A stretch of 64,000 nucleotides of DNA. It comes from a bacterium. GTDB taxonomy: Bacteria > Planctomycetota > UBA8108 > UBA1146. Shown here piece after piece: positions 1 through 8,561 of this stretch. Under the pieces are notes generated by a model. It was not told where the DNA came from. It was given only the letters and a program-made list of their open reading frames with translations, and did not search any database. A program made the position numbers and the translations under genes. Position 1 is the first letter of the stretch. Each line of letters starts with the position of its first letter. The stretch lies in assembly GCA_029976805.1 (NCBI GenBank), contig JAPOLY010000005.1, positions 1,353-65,352 of the forward strand, given 5' to 3'.

Positions 1-130
1 GCACGGGGGAACCCTGCTTTTCATCATCGACAAGGACAAAAAGATTCGTTGGGAAGTCATTGATCCCATGTTCTGGGACAAGGGCCTCTACCGGTCGGTC
101 ATCCGCAGATTGCTCGCCGAGAGTTCCTGA
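1..130 (+). CDS. 3' end of a gene entering the window; thioredoxin/TlpA-like C-terminus
   Basis: Frame 2 is open to TGA at 128-130 and reads HGGTLLFIIDKDKKIRWEVIDPMFWDKGLYRSVIRRLLAESS. 'LFIIDKDKKIR' resembles the terminal beta-hairpin of TlpA/peroxiredoxin-like folds. Confidence 0.5.
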   Translation, partial: HGGTLLFIIDKDKKIRWEVIDPMFWDKGLYRSVIRRLLAESS

Positions 131-135
131 ACACC

Positions 136-543
136 ATGGCTGACAAAAGAAGCGACTCCGAAAGCTCAAGGCCTTATGAAAAGCTCGTCCTTGTTTGCAC
201 TCAGGGGAAGAGCTGCCCACGCCAGGGCGGTGCAGAGATCTGCTCCAAACTCCGGGAGCAGGTTTTTCAGGCTGGCCAAAAGAACCGCATCCGCGTCGTC
301 AAATCCGGCTGTCTCGCCCAGTGCGGACACGGCCCCATCGTTGCAGTGGAGCCAGAAGGAGTCTGGTTTTCCGCAGTGGAAGCGGACCATTGCGAAAAAC
401 TGGCCGACTGGATCCTGAGCATGGGGCCCCTCCCTGAGGGACTGATCTTTGATCCCCCGGAGCAGGGCAAAAACATCCTTCCAGAGGCAGATTGGCGGAT
501 CCCTCCCCAAACCTCCGGAGAAGCCGGGAATTCGCCGATTTGA
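136..543 (+). CDS. Thioredoxin-like [2Fe-2S] ferredoxin
   Basis: VCTQGKSC...KSGCLAQCGHGPIVAVEPEGVWF is the four-Cys pattern of Trx-like 2Fe-2S ferredoxins. Confidence 0.85.
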   Translation: MADKRSDSESSRPYEKLVLVCTQGKSCPRQGGAEICSKLREQVFQAGQKNRIRVVKSGCLAQCGHGPIVAVEPEGVWFSAVEADHCEKLADWILSMGPLPEGLIFDPPEQGKNILPEADWRIPPQTSGEAGNSPI

Positions 544-701
544 GGCTTCCCGACAAGTCCCGGGAAACCTGCTGAATCCTGTCAGAATCTGTCCACAGAA
601 CACACCCCTGACGATATCCTTGGAGCCTGATGATCAGGGTACCGGTGACGTTACACCGTTGCCCCACCCATAACGCCGGGTCAATCCCGAGGAGAAGACA
701 G

Positions 702-2786
702 ATGAGTCAAGACATTACGCAGATGCGCAACATTGGCATCAGCGCCCACATCGACAGTGGCAAGACGACCCTCACTGAGAGGATCCTCTTCTACACCAAC
801 CGCATTCACTCCATCCATGAGGTGCGAGGCAAAGACGGCGTTGGAGCAACCATGGACTCCATGGAACTCGAACGTGAACGTGGTATCACGATTCAGTCCG
901 CTGCGACCTATCTGGAATGGAAAAACAAGCACATCAACATCATCGACACCCCGGGTCACGTCGACTTCACCGTGGAGGTGGAGCGTGCCCTTCGAGTGCT
1001 CGATGGAGCGATCCTCGTGCTCTGCTCCGTATCGGGAGTGCAGAGTCAGTCGATCACTGTTGACCGCCAGATGCGCCGTTACAACGTTCCGAGACTGGCC
1101 TTCGTCAACAAGTGCGACCGTACCGGTGCAGACCCCCTTCGCGTCTGTGACCAGTTGAGAGAAAAACTGCGCCTGAACTCCGTAATGTTCCAACTTCCCA
1201 TCGGATTGGAAAATGATCACGTAGGTGTCGTCGATCTGATCACGATGAAGGCGATCTACTTCGATGGCGACAATGGTGAAAACCTTCGCTACGAAGACAT
1301 CCCCGCTGACATGGCAGACGAAGCAGAAGAGCGTCGTGAAATGATGCTCGATGCCATCTCCATGTTCTCCGACGAATTGACGGAGGCGATGCTGGAGGAA
1401 AATGTCACCGAGGAGCTGATCATGGAGGCCACCCGCCGGGGTGTGATCTCTCTCGAGCTGTGTCCGGTGTTCTGTGGCTCCGCCTATAAGAACAAGGGTG
1501 TCCAGCCGCTCATGGATGCGGTCAACGCTTTCCTGCCAAGTCCGGTAGATATCAAGAACTACGCCATCAATCCGAAAAATGAAGAAGAGCGCCACGAAGT
1601 CACCAATAGCGAGGATGACCCGCTGCTCAGCTACGCCTTCAAATTGGAAGATGGTGCTTACGGTCAGCTGACCTACATCCGCATTTACCAGGGAAAACTG
1701 GTGAAAGGCGAGTTCGTCTACAACGCCCGCACCGATAAAAAAGTCAAGGTCGGACGTATCGTGCGAATGCACTCTGACGATATGGATGACATCGACGAAG
1801 CAGGCTCAGGAGACATCGTCGCTCTCTTCGGAATCGATTGTGCATCCGGTGATACCTTCCGCTCAGACGATACCGAGCTGGTACTCGACTCGATGCACGT
1901 TCCTGAGCCGGTGATTCACCTCGCCATCAATCCTGTCGACCGCAAGGCTTCCGACAACATGTCCAAGGCCCTTCAGCGCTTCACCAAGGAAGACCCCACT
2001 TTCCGCGTTCGTTTCGACGCGGTCAGCAGTGAGACCATTATCTCCGGTATGGGAGAACTTCACCTGGAGGTTTACGTCGAACGTATGAAGCGGGAATTCA
2101 AGGCAGAAGTGGAAGTCGGTGCTCCGCAGGTCGCCTACCGCGAGCGCATCACCTCACTGACAGAGTTCGATTTCACCCACAAAAAGCAGACCGGTGGATC
2201 GGGTCAGTTTGGCCGCATCATCGGAACGATGGGCCCCAATGAAGAGGGCACCTTCGAATTCGAAAGCAAAGTCACCGGTGGTAATGTCCCCCGCGAGTAC
2301 ATTCCTTCCGTCGAAAAAGGCTTCAATGCCAGTATCGACAAGGGACAGTTGATCGGCGCGCCTGTGGATGGTCTTTCCGTCGTGCTCAGTGACGGTAACT
2401 ACCACAACGTCGACTCCTCGGATATGGCCTTCCAGGCTGCGGCAAAGGGTTGCTTCCGCGAGTACTACATGAAGGGCAAGCCGGAGGTGCTCGAGCCGCT
2501 GATGAAAGTCAGCCTCGAAGGACCCAGTGAGTTCCAGGGCGACATGATCGGTACCCTGAACCAGCGTCGGGGTATTCTCACCGATACCTTCGATGAAGAC
2601 GGTTTCGTCCGCATCGAGGCCGATGTGCCGCTGGCGGAAATGTTCGGATATTCGACCACTCTTCGTTCTGCGACCCAGGGTAAAGCCGAGTTCACCATGG
2701 AGTTTGCTCGCTACTCCCCGGCACCGCGGGATGTTCAGGAAGAGTTGATCGCCGAGTACAAGAGGGAGCTGGAAGAGAAGAAGTAA
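702..2786 (+). CDS. fusA: Elongation factor G (stand-alone; spirochaete/planctomycete/mitochondrial EF-G1 type)
   Basis: Motifs [39 protein letters not shown] and [19 protein letters not shown] precedes ATG 702. Confidence 0.97.
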   Translation: MSQDITQMRNIGISAHIDSGKTTLTERILFYTNRIHSIHEVRGKDGVGATMDSMELERERGITIQSAATYLEWKNKHINIIDTPGHVDFTVEVERALRVLDGAILVLCSVSGVQSQSITVDRQMRRYNVPRLAFVNKCDRTGADPLRVCDQLREKLRLNSVMFQLPIGLENDHVGVVDLITMKAIYFDGDNGENLRYEDIPADMADEAEERREMMLDAISMFSDELTEAMLEENVTEELIMEATRRGVISLELCPVFCGSAYKNKGVQPLMDAVNAFLPSPVDIKNYAINPKNEEERHEVTNSEDDPLLSYAFKLEDGAYGQLTYIRIYQGKLVKGEFVYNARTDKKVKVGRIVRMHSDDMDDIDEAGSGDIVALFGIDCASGDTFRSDDTELVLDSMHVPEPVIHLAINPVDRKASDNMSKALQRFTKEDPTFRVRFDAVSSETIISGMGELHLEVYVERMKREFKAEVEVGAPQVAYRERITSLTEFDFTHKKQTGGSGQFGRIIGTMGPNEEGTFEFESKVTGGNVPREYIPSVEKGFNASIDKGQLIGAPVDGLSVVLSDGNYHNVDSSDMAFQAAAKGCFREYYMKGKPEVLEPLMKVSLEGPSEFQGDMIGTLNQRRGILTDTFDEDGFVRIEADVPLAEMFGYSTTLRSATQGKAEFTMEFARYSPAPRDVQEELIAEYKRELEEKK

Positions 2787-2807
2787 TCTCTCCCGGATCT
2801 GAAATTC

Positions 2808-2850
2808 AAAACGCCCGCAGGACCGATACGATCCTGCGGGCGTTTTTTTT
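2808..2850. terminator. Intrinsic terminator between convergent fusA and aldehyde dehydrogenase
   Basis: AAAACGCCCGCAGGA / TCCTGCGGGCGTTTT inverted repeat followed by a T-run. Confidence 0.9.
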
Positions 2851-2866
2851 GTTTGGACAGTCCTGA

Positions 2867-4426
2867 TCAGGGGCGAACGAAGGTCTCCACGGTTCGCTTG
2901 GATCCCTGCAGGGCGATCCGTTGTGAGTAAAGGTCCAGAGCCCGGAGACCTCCGAGCTCGGCTCCACCACCCGCTCTGCCCGGTCCCCCATGGAGAGAGG
3001 AAGGCAGTGCCAGTCCGGATCCCGGTGCCTGCGGTGCCATCTTTTCTGACCCCAAATAGAAGCGTCCACTGTAGGATCCTCCGCGTCGCAGAAAATCGTG
3101 GACCCAATCATCCGAGTCACTGTAAACGGAAGTCACCAACGTTCCGGCTCCACGACTGTTGAGACATGCTGCTGAGGCTGCGGATCCGTCGTACCTGCAG
3201 ATCGTCGACACGGGACCGAAGACTTCCAGATCATGAATCACGTCCGCCCCACCCTCGTCACGGGCTTCCAGAATCGTCGGAGCAAAGAAATAGCCTTTAC
3301 CTGCCTCTGCACCCACGCCGTCGCAGCGTTCACCATTGCCATGGATCACATCCGCGACCTCTTTCAGTTTGTTGACTCCATCGAGGACTGAACTCAACTG
3401 ATCCGCAGTGGCCAGGGGGCCCATGTTGACAGTTTCATCGTCGGGGCTGCCCGTCACCCTGCTCGACACTTCTTCAAGGAAGGACTCGACGAAAGCATCA
3501 CGACGCGAGTCCGGGACGAAGATTCGCCGCACTGCGGTGCACTTCTGGCCACTCTTCTGGGTGACCTCCCGCGCCACTTCCCTGACCATCAGGTTCCAGG
3601 TTTCCGACCCGGGCTCCACATCATCACCAAGGAACGCCGCGTTGAGGCTGTCCGCTTCGATATTGACGGGGACGGACTGGGACAGAAGATTTTCATGGGA
3701 GCGAATACGCAGGCCCGTATCAGCGGACCCGGTAAACGCGACGACATCCTGACCATTCAGGTGATTGAAAAGATCCCCCACCGAGCCACAGATCAGGCTC
3801 AGCACGCCATCCGGCAACACACCGGAATCGACGATGGCCTCGATGCAACGCTCGGTCACCAGACAGGTGCTCGAGGCGGGCTTGGTGATCACGGGCATTC
3901 CCGCAAGAATGGCGGCAGCCGCTTTTTCGGCAAAGCCCCATGCCGGAAAATTGAAGGCATTGATGTGGACGGCAACTCCATTGCGGGGAACCCGGGCATG
4001 ACGACCCCAGAACACGGAAGAGCGGCCCAATTGCTCGCCGTCACCATCCTCCAGGAAAGCCCCACTCCCCAACTCCTTGCCGAGGGCACCGTAGTGATAG
4101 AGGGTTCCCGATGCTCCGTCGATGTCAAACTTGGAATCCTTGCGGGTGGTTCCGCAGGATTTCATCGACAACTCCAGCAGTTCATCACGAATGGCATGGA
4201 TCGCTTTCGACATGCCGATCAGCAACTCACCCCGAGCTTCATGGGAGAGCTCTCTCAATGCAGATCCCCCCTGAACACGGGCATGCTGGACGACCTCCGC
4301 CATGTCCAGTCCCTCAGCGGAAACGCGAGCAAGAACTTCCTCTGTGGTGGGATCACGGAGTTCGACTCCCTTGTCCCCATCTGCAGCGTGCCAATTACCT
4401 GCCGCATAACTTCTGACGATTTTCAT
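2867..4426 (-). CDS. Aldehyde dehydrogenase, 3,4-dehydroadipyl-CoA semialdehyde dehydrogenase / PaaZ N-domain family (no MaoC domain)
   Basis: Motifs HINAFNFPAWG, FTGSADTG, catalytic NIEADSLN and GQKCTA, EVFGPV, and the family-typical HGGPGRAGGGAELGG. Confidence 0.88.
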   Translation of the reverse strand: MKIVRSYAAGNWHAADGDKGVELRDPTTEEVLARVSAEGLDMAEVVQHARVQGGSALRELSHEARGELLIGMSKAIHAIRDELLELSMKSCGTTRKDSKFDIDGASGTLYHYGALGKELGSGAFLEDGDGEQLGRSSVFWGRHARVPRNGVAVHINAFNFPAWGFAEKAAAAILAGMPVITKPASSTCLVTERCIEAIVDSGVLPDGVLSLICGSVGDLFNHLNGQDVVAFTGSADTGLRIRSHENLLSQSVPVNIEADSLNAAFLGDDVEPGSETWNLMVREVAREVTQKSGQKCTAVRRIFVPDSRRDAFVESFLEEVSSRVTGSPDDETVNMGPLATADQLSSVLDGVNKLKEVADVIHGNGERCDGVGAEAGKGYFFAPTILEARDEGGADVIHDLEVFGPVSTICRYDGSAASAACLNSRGAGTLVTSVYSDSDDWVHDFLRRGGSYSGRFYLGSEKMAPQAPGSGLALPSSLHGGPGRAGGGAELGGLRALDLYSQRIALQGSKRTVETFVRP

Positions 4427-4580
4427 TTGGGCCTCCCACACTTTCAGATCGGTGCCGGTTTTCAGGTGCCATTAGAAACACCGAAAGCGGGAGATTCCAC
4501 ACTTCCACGAAGAAGAGTTGCGGGGTTTTACTGCAATAGGTCTGGTTTAAGAACCGCGGAGAGTGAGATCTTCCGAAATC

Positions 4581-6692
4581 TCAGGGCAAACAGGGTCCCA
4601 GAGAGTCCTCCGTGGGATCCAGACCGTATCCGGGATAAGGATAGGGGATCGTTTCTCCGCCTGAGAAGAGATACGAGAGACTGTATATGGCATCACCAAT
4701 ATTCAGAATACCGTCGTCATTGGTGTCTGCCGCATCTGGACAGACAGAGGGAGCCCCGCCGATAAAAAGGTAATCGAGCATGAAAATGGCATCGGCAATG
4801 TTCACGGTCTGGTCGTAGGTCGCATCTCCCCTGACAAACAGGAATTGGGGCTGCTCTGAAACCAGAACCGTACCGGGTATGAAATAGGGCTCGAGGGCAA
4901 ATCCCCCTTCGATCGCATAAATCGTGTTGATCGGAGGAAAACCGATCCCGTTCGCAAAACTCAATTCGGTGGAACTGCCCAAAGGCAATCCAAAGGTGAC
5001 CTCGTAGTTCAGGGTACACAGAGTGTGATTGATCCCGGGATCCACAGTACGGCCGTCGAAGGGCGGCAAGGTATCGAAAATCACAGCCAGATAGAGGCTC
5101 GAATTCTCACCCTCATCGAAAATGTTTGAAATGATGAACTCGGGAGACAACTGGGCTGCCTGGGTACCGTCGATGGAAATTTCATTCATCTGCAAAAAGG
5201 TACCGTCGAATTCAACGCCGATCTGATAACCCTGCAGGGGATCGACATGTGTCCCGAGAACCGGGTGGTAAACCGGTTGACCACCGAAGACCGAGATATC
5301 CGCAAACATCATGTAGTTATCGGGAACTGTCACAACGACGGGCATGACTGTCTGTATCTGATCACTTCCACCCGGTCCCTCGACTGTCAGTGAAACCGTG
5401 TATTCCCCGGGCTCAGTGTAAGTGTGGAATCCAGAGGACGCAGTGCTGGTGGTTCCGTCACCTAAGTCCCAGAAGTGGCTGGCGATCATCCCGTTGCTGT
5501 TGCTCTCAAAATAAATTTGATGGGGCGCCACTCCATCATTCTCGGAGGAGATCACAAGCGAAGCCTCCGGAGCGGGAATGTTGTTCTGGTAGTGGATACT
5601 TCCATCGCTGCGCAGGGTGGCCATATGAACATTCGCCGCCACATCGAGACTCATGGAGTGATCCTCGGCTTCAATTCCGGTGTCCTCAGTCGTCAGGATC
5701 GTATCCGCCATACTGGCCAACCGAATCAAGCCTCCCTCAATCCATGTCGCTTTCCAGGATCCTTCAGCAATGGAGTCGAGTTTCAGATCCGTGATTGCCG
5801 CACCCGACTGGCGCTGACTTCCAATCTGATTCACAACTCCGACGTTGAGATCTGCATGAATGAAATGAATCACCGTCCCCGAGACTGCCACCAGATGCAG
5901 CGATCCATCAAGGAGCACAGAAGCGGCCCAATCTTCGGGAGTGAAACCGAAATCATGAAGTACAAGAGAGGGCCCCTGAGACAACTCATCGAGCACCGAG
6001 TACCGGAAGAGTCCCCCCTCGTTCCATAAAACCGCTCCCGATCCATTCCCCAATCGTGCGACCGCACAGGATGAACCGCTTCCCAGAGAAACTTCAGGAT
6101 TGCCTCCCAGACGGTAGAAGATCTCTTGCCCAGTCACGGAGGTTTCAATCCAGCTGCTCAGACAGGTTCCATTCACCAGGGAGGTCACCACAGGATCGTG
6201 AGCGTCGCCCAAGCCTGCACTGTACTGAACCGGCAACTCAAAACCTGAAGCAACACTCTGGGCCACGAAAATCGCTTGTTGCCCTGAAGGCAGGGGCAGG
6301 TCAAAAGCCATATGAATACTGGCCAGAGGTCCCTGCTTGTGAACGAGATCACCCAGGCCGGAAGGTGTATCAAAGACGGGGATCAACTGATTGCCCCCCA
6401 CCAACGACCCTCCAAAGAGAATCTGGGTGTCGGAGTGAGCACTGAAGGTCAAAAAGGGTGGCAGGCAACCGAGGCAGCTCTTGTCGACCTCGACAAAGGG
6501 TTGTTGCATTTGATACCCGGGAGGCGAAATCAATTCCGGCTCACTAAACTGGGCATGGAGTGAGGAGGCCGTCAGTGAGGTGATTCCCAGGACCAAAGCG
6601 ACCAGACAACGAGCCAAAAACCCCACCCTGCGGGCAGCGGAAGTGCGCTCTTGAGAGTCACTCTTGCGGACTATGGAAATCATCGATCGCAT
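4581..6692 (-). CDS. Secreted protein: beta-rich N-region, PKD domain, cohesin-like domain and C-terminal dockerin-like domain
   Basis: Signal peptide ending SLHA-Q. PKD motif WDLGDG...HTYTEPGEYTVSLTV. Cohesin-like segment LQGYQIGVEFD...LCTLNYEV...LSFANG. C-terminus FVRGDATYDQTVNIADAIFMLDYLF...DTNDDGILNIGD. SD GAGGAGG. Confidence 0.85.
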   Translation of the reverse strand: MRSMISIVRKSDSQERTSAARRVGFLARCLVALVLGITSLTASSLHAQFSEPELISPPGYQMQQPFVEVDKSCLGCLPPFLTFSAHSDTQILFGGSLVGGNQLIPVFDTPSGLGDLVHKQGPLASIHMAFDLPLPSGQQAIFVAQSVASGFELPVQYSAGLGDAHDPVVTSLVNGTCLSSWIETSVTGQEIFYRLGGNPEVSLGSGSSCAVARLGNGSGAVLWNEGGLFRYSVLDELSQGPSLVLHDFGFTPEDWAASVLLDGSLHLVAVSGTVIHFIHADLNVGVVNQIGSQRQSGAAITDLKLDSIAEGSWKATWIEGGLIRLASMADTILTTEDTGIEAEDHSMSLDVAANVHMATLRSDGSIHYQNNIPAPEASLVISSENDGVAPHQIYFESNSNGMIASHFWDLGDGTTSTASSGFHTYTEPGEYTVSLTVEGPGGSDQIQTVMPVVVTVPDNYMMFADISVFGGQPVYHPVLGTHVDPLQGYQIGVEFDGTFLQMNEISIDGTQAAQLSPEFIISNIFDEGENSSLYLAVIFDTLPPFDGRTVDPGINHTLCTLNYEVTFGLPLGSSTELSFANGIGFPPINTIYAIEGGFALEPYFIPGTVLVSEQPQFLFVRGDATYDQTVNIADAIFMLDYLFIGGAPSVCPDAADTNDDGILNIGDAIYSLSYLFSGGETIPYPYPGYGLDPTEDSLGPCLP

Positions 6693-6994
6693 CTGCCTAG
6701 TCCCTCCTCATGAGACCGGTTTCAAAACTTCAGGAGTAGTCGTCTGTTCTGACTGAAAGGCTCAAGCGTCAAATCCGCGGGACTCTTCGATACCCCGACA
6801 AAACGTGAGAACCACACACCTCTGCTTTAAAAAAGCCTGGAACGACACCTCAAGTTCCGAATGAATAATTCACTTTCCTATTGGACCATCGATCCCTACC
6901 GGGGGAAAGGCAGTAAAGCCCCGGTAAATCCGGCTCAAAACCACTGAAAATCAGGCTCTCTCGAAACGGTGGCAAGAAATGAACCGCACCGTCT

Positions 6995-7261
6995 CTAATG
7001 AGTCCTCGCATGCTCCTGCAGCGACTCCTGAAAACGCAGGGCGAAATGGACCCCCAATGAGCAAAAAATGCCGACTCCGAGGACCAGAGGACTCCTTGTG
7101 TTTCCGGCCGGAGTGGAATTCCAGCCTGCAGTCGGCGAAGCTCCGTCAGCAGTGGCTGGGCCCGACACGGGTGTTTTCGCTGGAAATGCCCCAGAGAGCC
7201 ATAGCAGCAAACTCAGGAGCACTGGAAGTGCAGATATCTTGAAGACGGTGACCTGTTTCAC
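6995..7261 (-). CDS. Small hypothetical membrane protein (88 aa, two hydrophobic segments)
   Basis: AAGGAG SD just before GTG 7261. N-terminal signal-like segment, P/T/A/G linker, C-terminal hydrophobic segment PLVLGVGIFCSLGVHFAL. Confidence 0.5.
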   Translation of the reverse strand: MKQVTVFKISALPVLLSLLLWLSGAFPAKTPVSGPATADGASPTAGWNSTPAGNTRSPLVLGVGIFCSLGVHFALRFQESLQEHARTH

Positions 7262-7384
7262 GGTGCTCCTTCCTGTTCACCATTTTACCGGTTGGGACCA
7301 GAACCGCTCGATAGAAACCCCCACCGGAGAGATACTTGAAGACAGTGGCAGTGGTGCTGCTCTTTTTGTGATCCGGGAGGCTCG

Positions 7385-8539
7385 ATGTCCTCGCACGAAA
7401 TCACCCGTAATCCGACACGTGCCGTACGCGTGGGTGACCGCGTCATTGGATCAGGTCACCCGATTCTGGTTCAGAGCATGTGCGCAACCCACACCACCGA
7501 TCTCGATGCCACCTGCCGACAGGTCGATGCCTTGTCAGCAGCAGGTGCAGGGATCGTGCGCCTCGCCGTCGACTCGAAAAAGGATGCCGAAGCAGCGATC
7601 GCTATCGCCGACAGGGTTCAAGCCCACATCTGCATCGATCTGCAGGAGAACTGGCGTCTCGCCGAGATACTCGCTCCCCATGTGGCAAAGATTCGCTACA
7701 ACCCGGGACACCTTCACCATCACGAAAAGAAGGTCCCTTGGCAGGAAAAGGTTCAACGCATTGCTGACTGGGCAGTCGCCTCTGATATCGCTCTGAGGAT
7801 TGGTGTCAACTGCGGGTCTGTTGATCCACTTCAAAAGGAAAAATGGCCCTCAGAGGACGACATTTCACCGCTGGTGGCCAGTGCACTCGAGCATTCCGAG
7901 TTTCTCGATTCCATCGGCTTTGAACGCTATGTCGTCTCCCTCAAGGATTCCAATCCGAACACAGTCATCGAGGCAAACCGCCGATTTGCCGAACAGAGAC
8001 CGGAGATTCCCCTGCACCTCGGGGTGACGGAGGCGGGATTGCCCCCTGACGGAGTCATCAAAACCCGGGTTGCCTTCGAGCAGTTGCTCTCCCGGGGGAT
8101 CGGTGACACCTTGCGGGTGTCATTGACTCTTCCCAATGAAGAAAAACATCAGGAGATCATCGAGGGCCAGAAAATCATCGATGATGTCTATGCCGGCAGG
8201 GTCCGCAGTGTGGTCCGTTACGAAACGAACGGGCCCAACATCATCTCGTGCCCCTCCTGCTCCAGGGTAGAGAACGGTGACTTCGTCAAGTTGGCCAAAG
8301 AGGTCAAGGAACTCTCCAAAGCCTACCAGGAACACTCCCTGACCATCGCCGTCATGGGCTGCCGGGTGAATGGACCCGGCGAAACCGATGATGCGGATCT
8401 GGGTCTCTGGTGTGCCCCCAGCTTCGTCAATCTCAAGCGCGGTGAGGAATCCCTCGGAGCGTATCCTTACGATGAAATTCTGGGAAAACTCCAGCAGGAG
8501 ATAGAAGGCCTGATCGAAAGTCGATCATCCACTTCCTGA
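7385..8539 (+). CDS. ispG: (E)-4-hydroxy-3-methylbut-2-enyl-diphosphate synthase
   Basis: Motifs [41 protein letters not shown] and [16 protein letters not shown]. Confidence 0.95.
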   Translation: MSSHEITRNPTRAVRVGDRVIGSGHPILVQSMCATHTTDLDATCRQVDALSAAGAGIVRLAVDSKKDAEAAIAIADRVQAHICIDLQENWRLAEILAPHVAKIRYNPGHLHHHEKKVPWQEKVQRIADWAVASDIALRIGVNCGSVDPLQKEKWPSEDDISPLVASALEHSEFLDSIGFERYVVSLKDSNPNTVIEANRRFAEQRPEIPLHLGVTEAGLPPDGVIKTRVAFEQLLSRGIGDTLRVSLTLPNEEKHQEIIEGQKIIDDVYAGRVRSVVRYETNGPNIISCPSCSRVENGDFVKLAKEVKELSKAYQEHSLTIAVMGCRVNGPGETDDADLGLWCAPSFVNLKRGEESLGAYPYDEILGKLQQEIEGLIESRSSTS

Positions 8540-8561
8540 ACGGCGATTCCAAGAATTGAAC

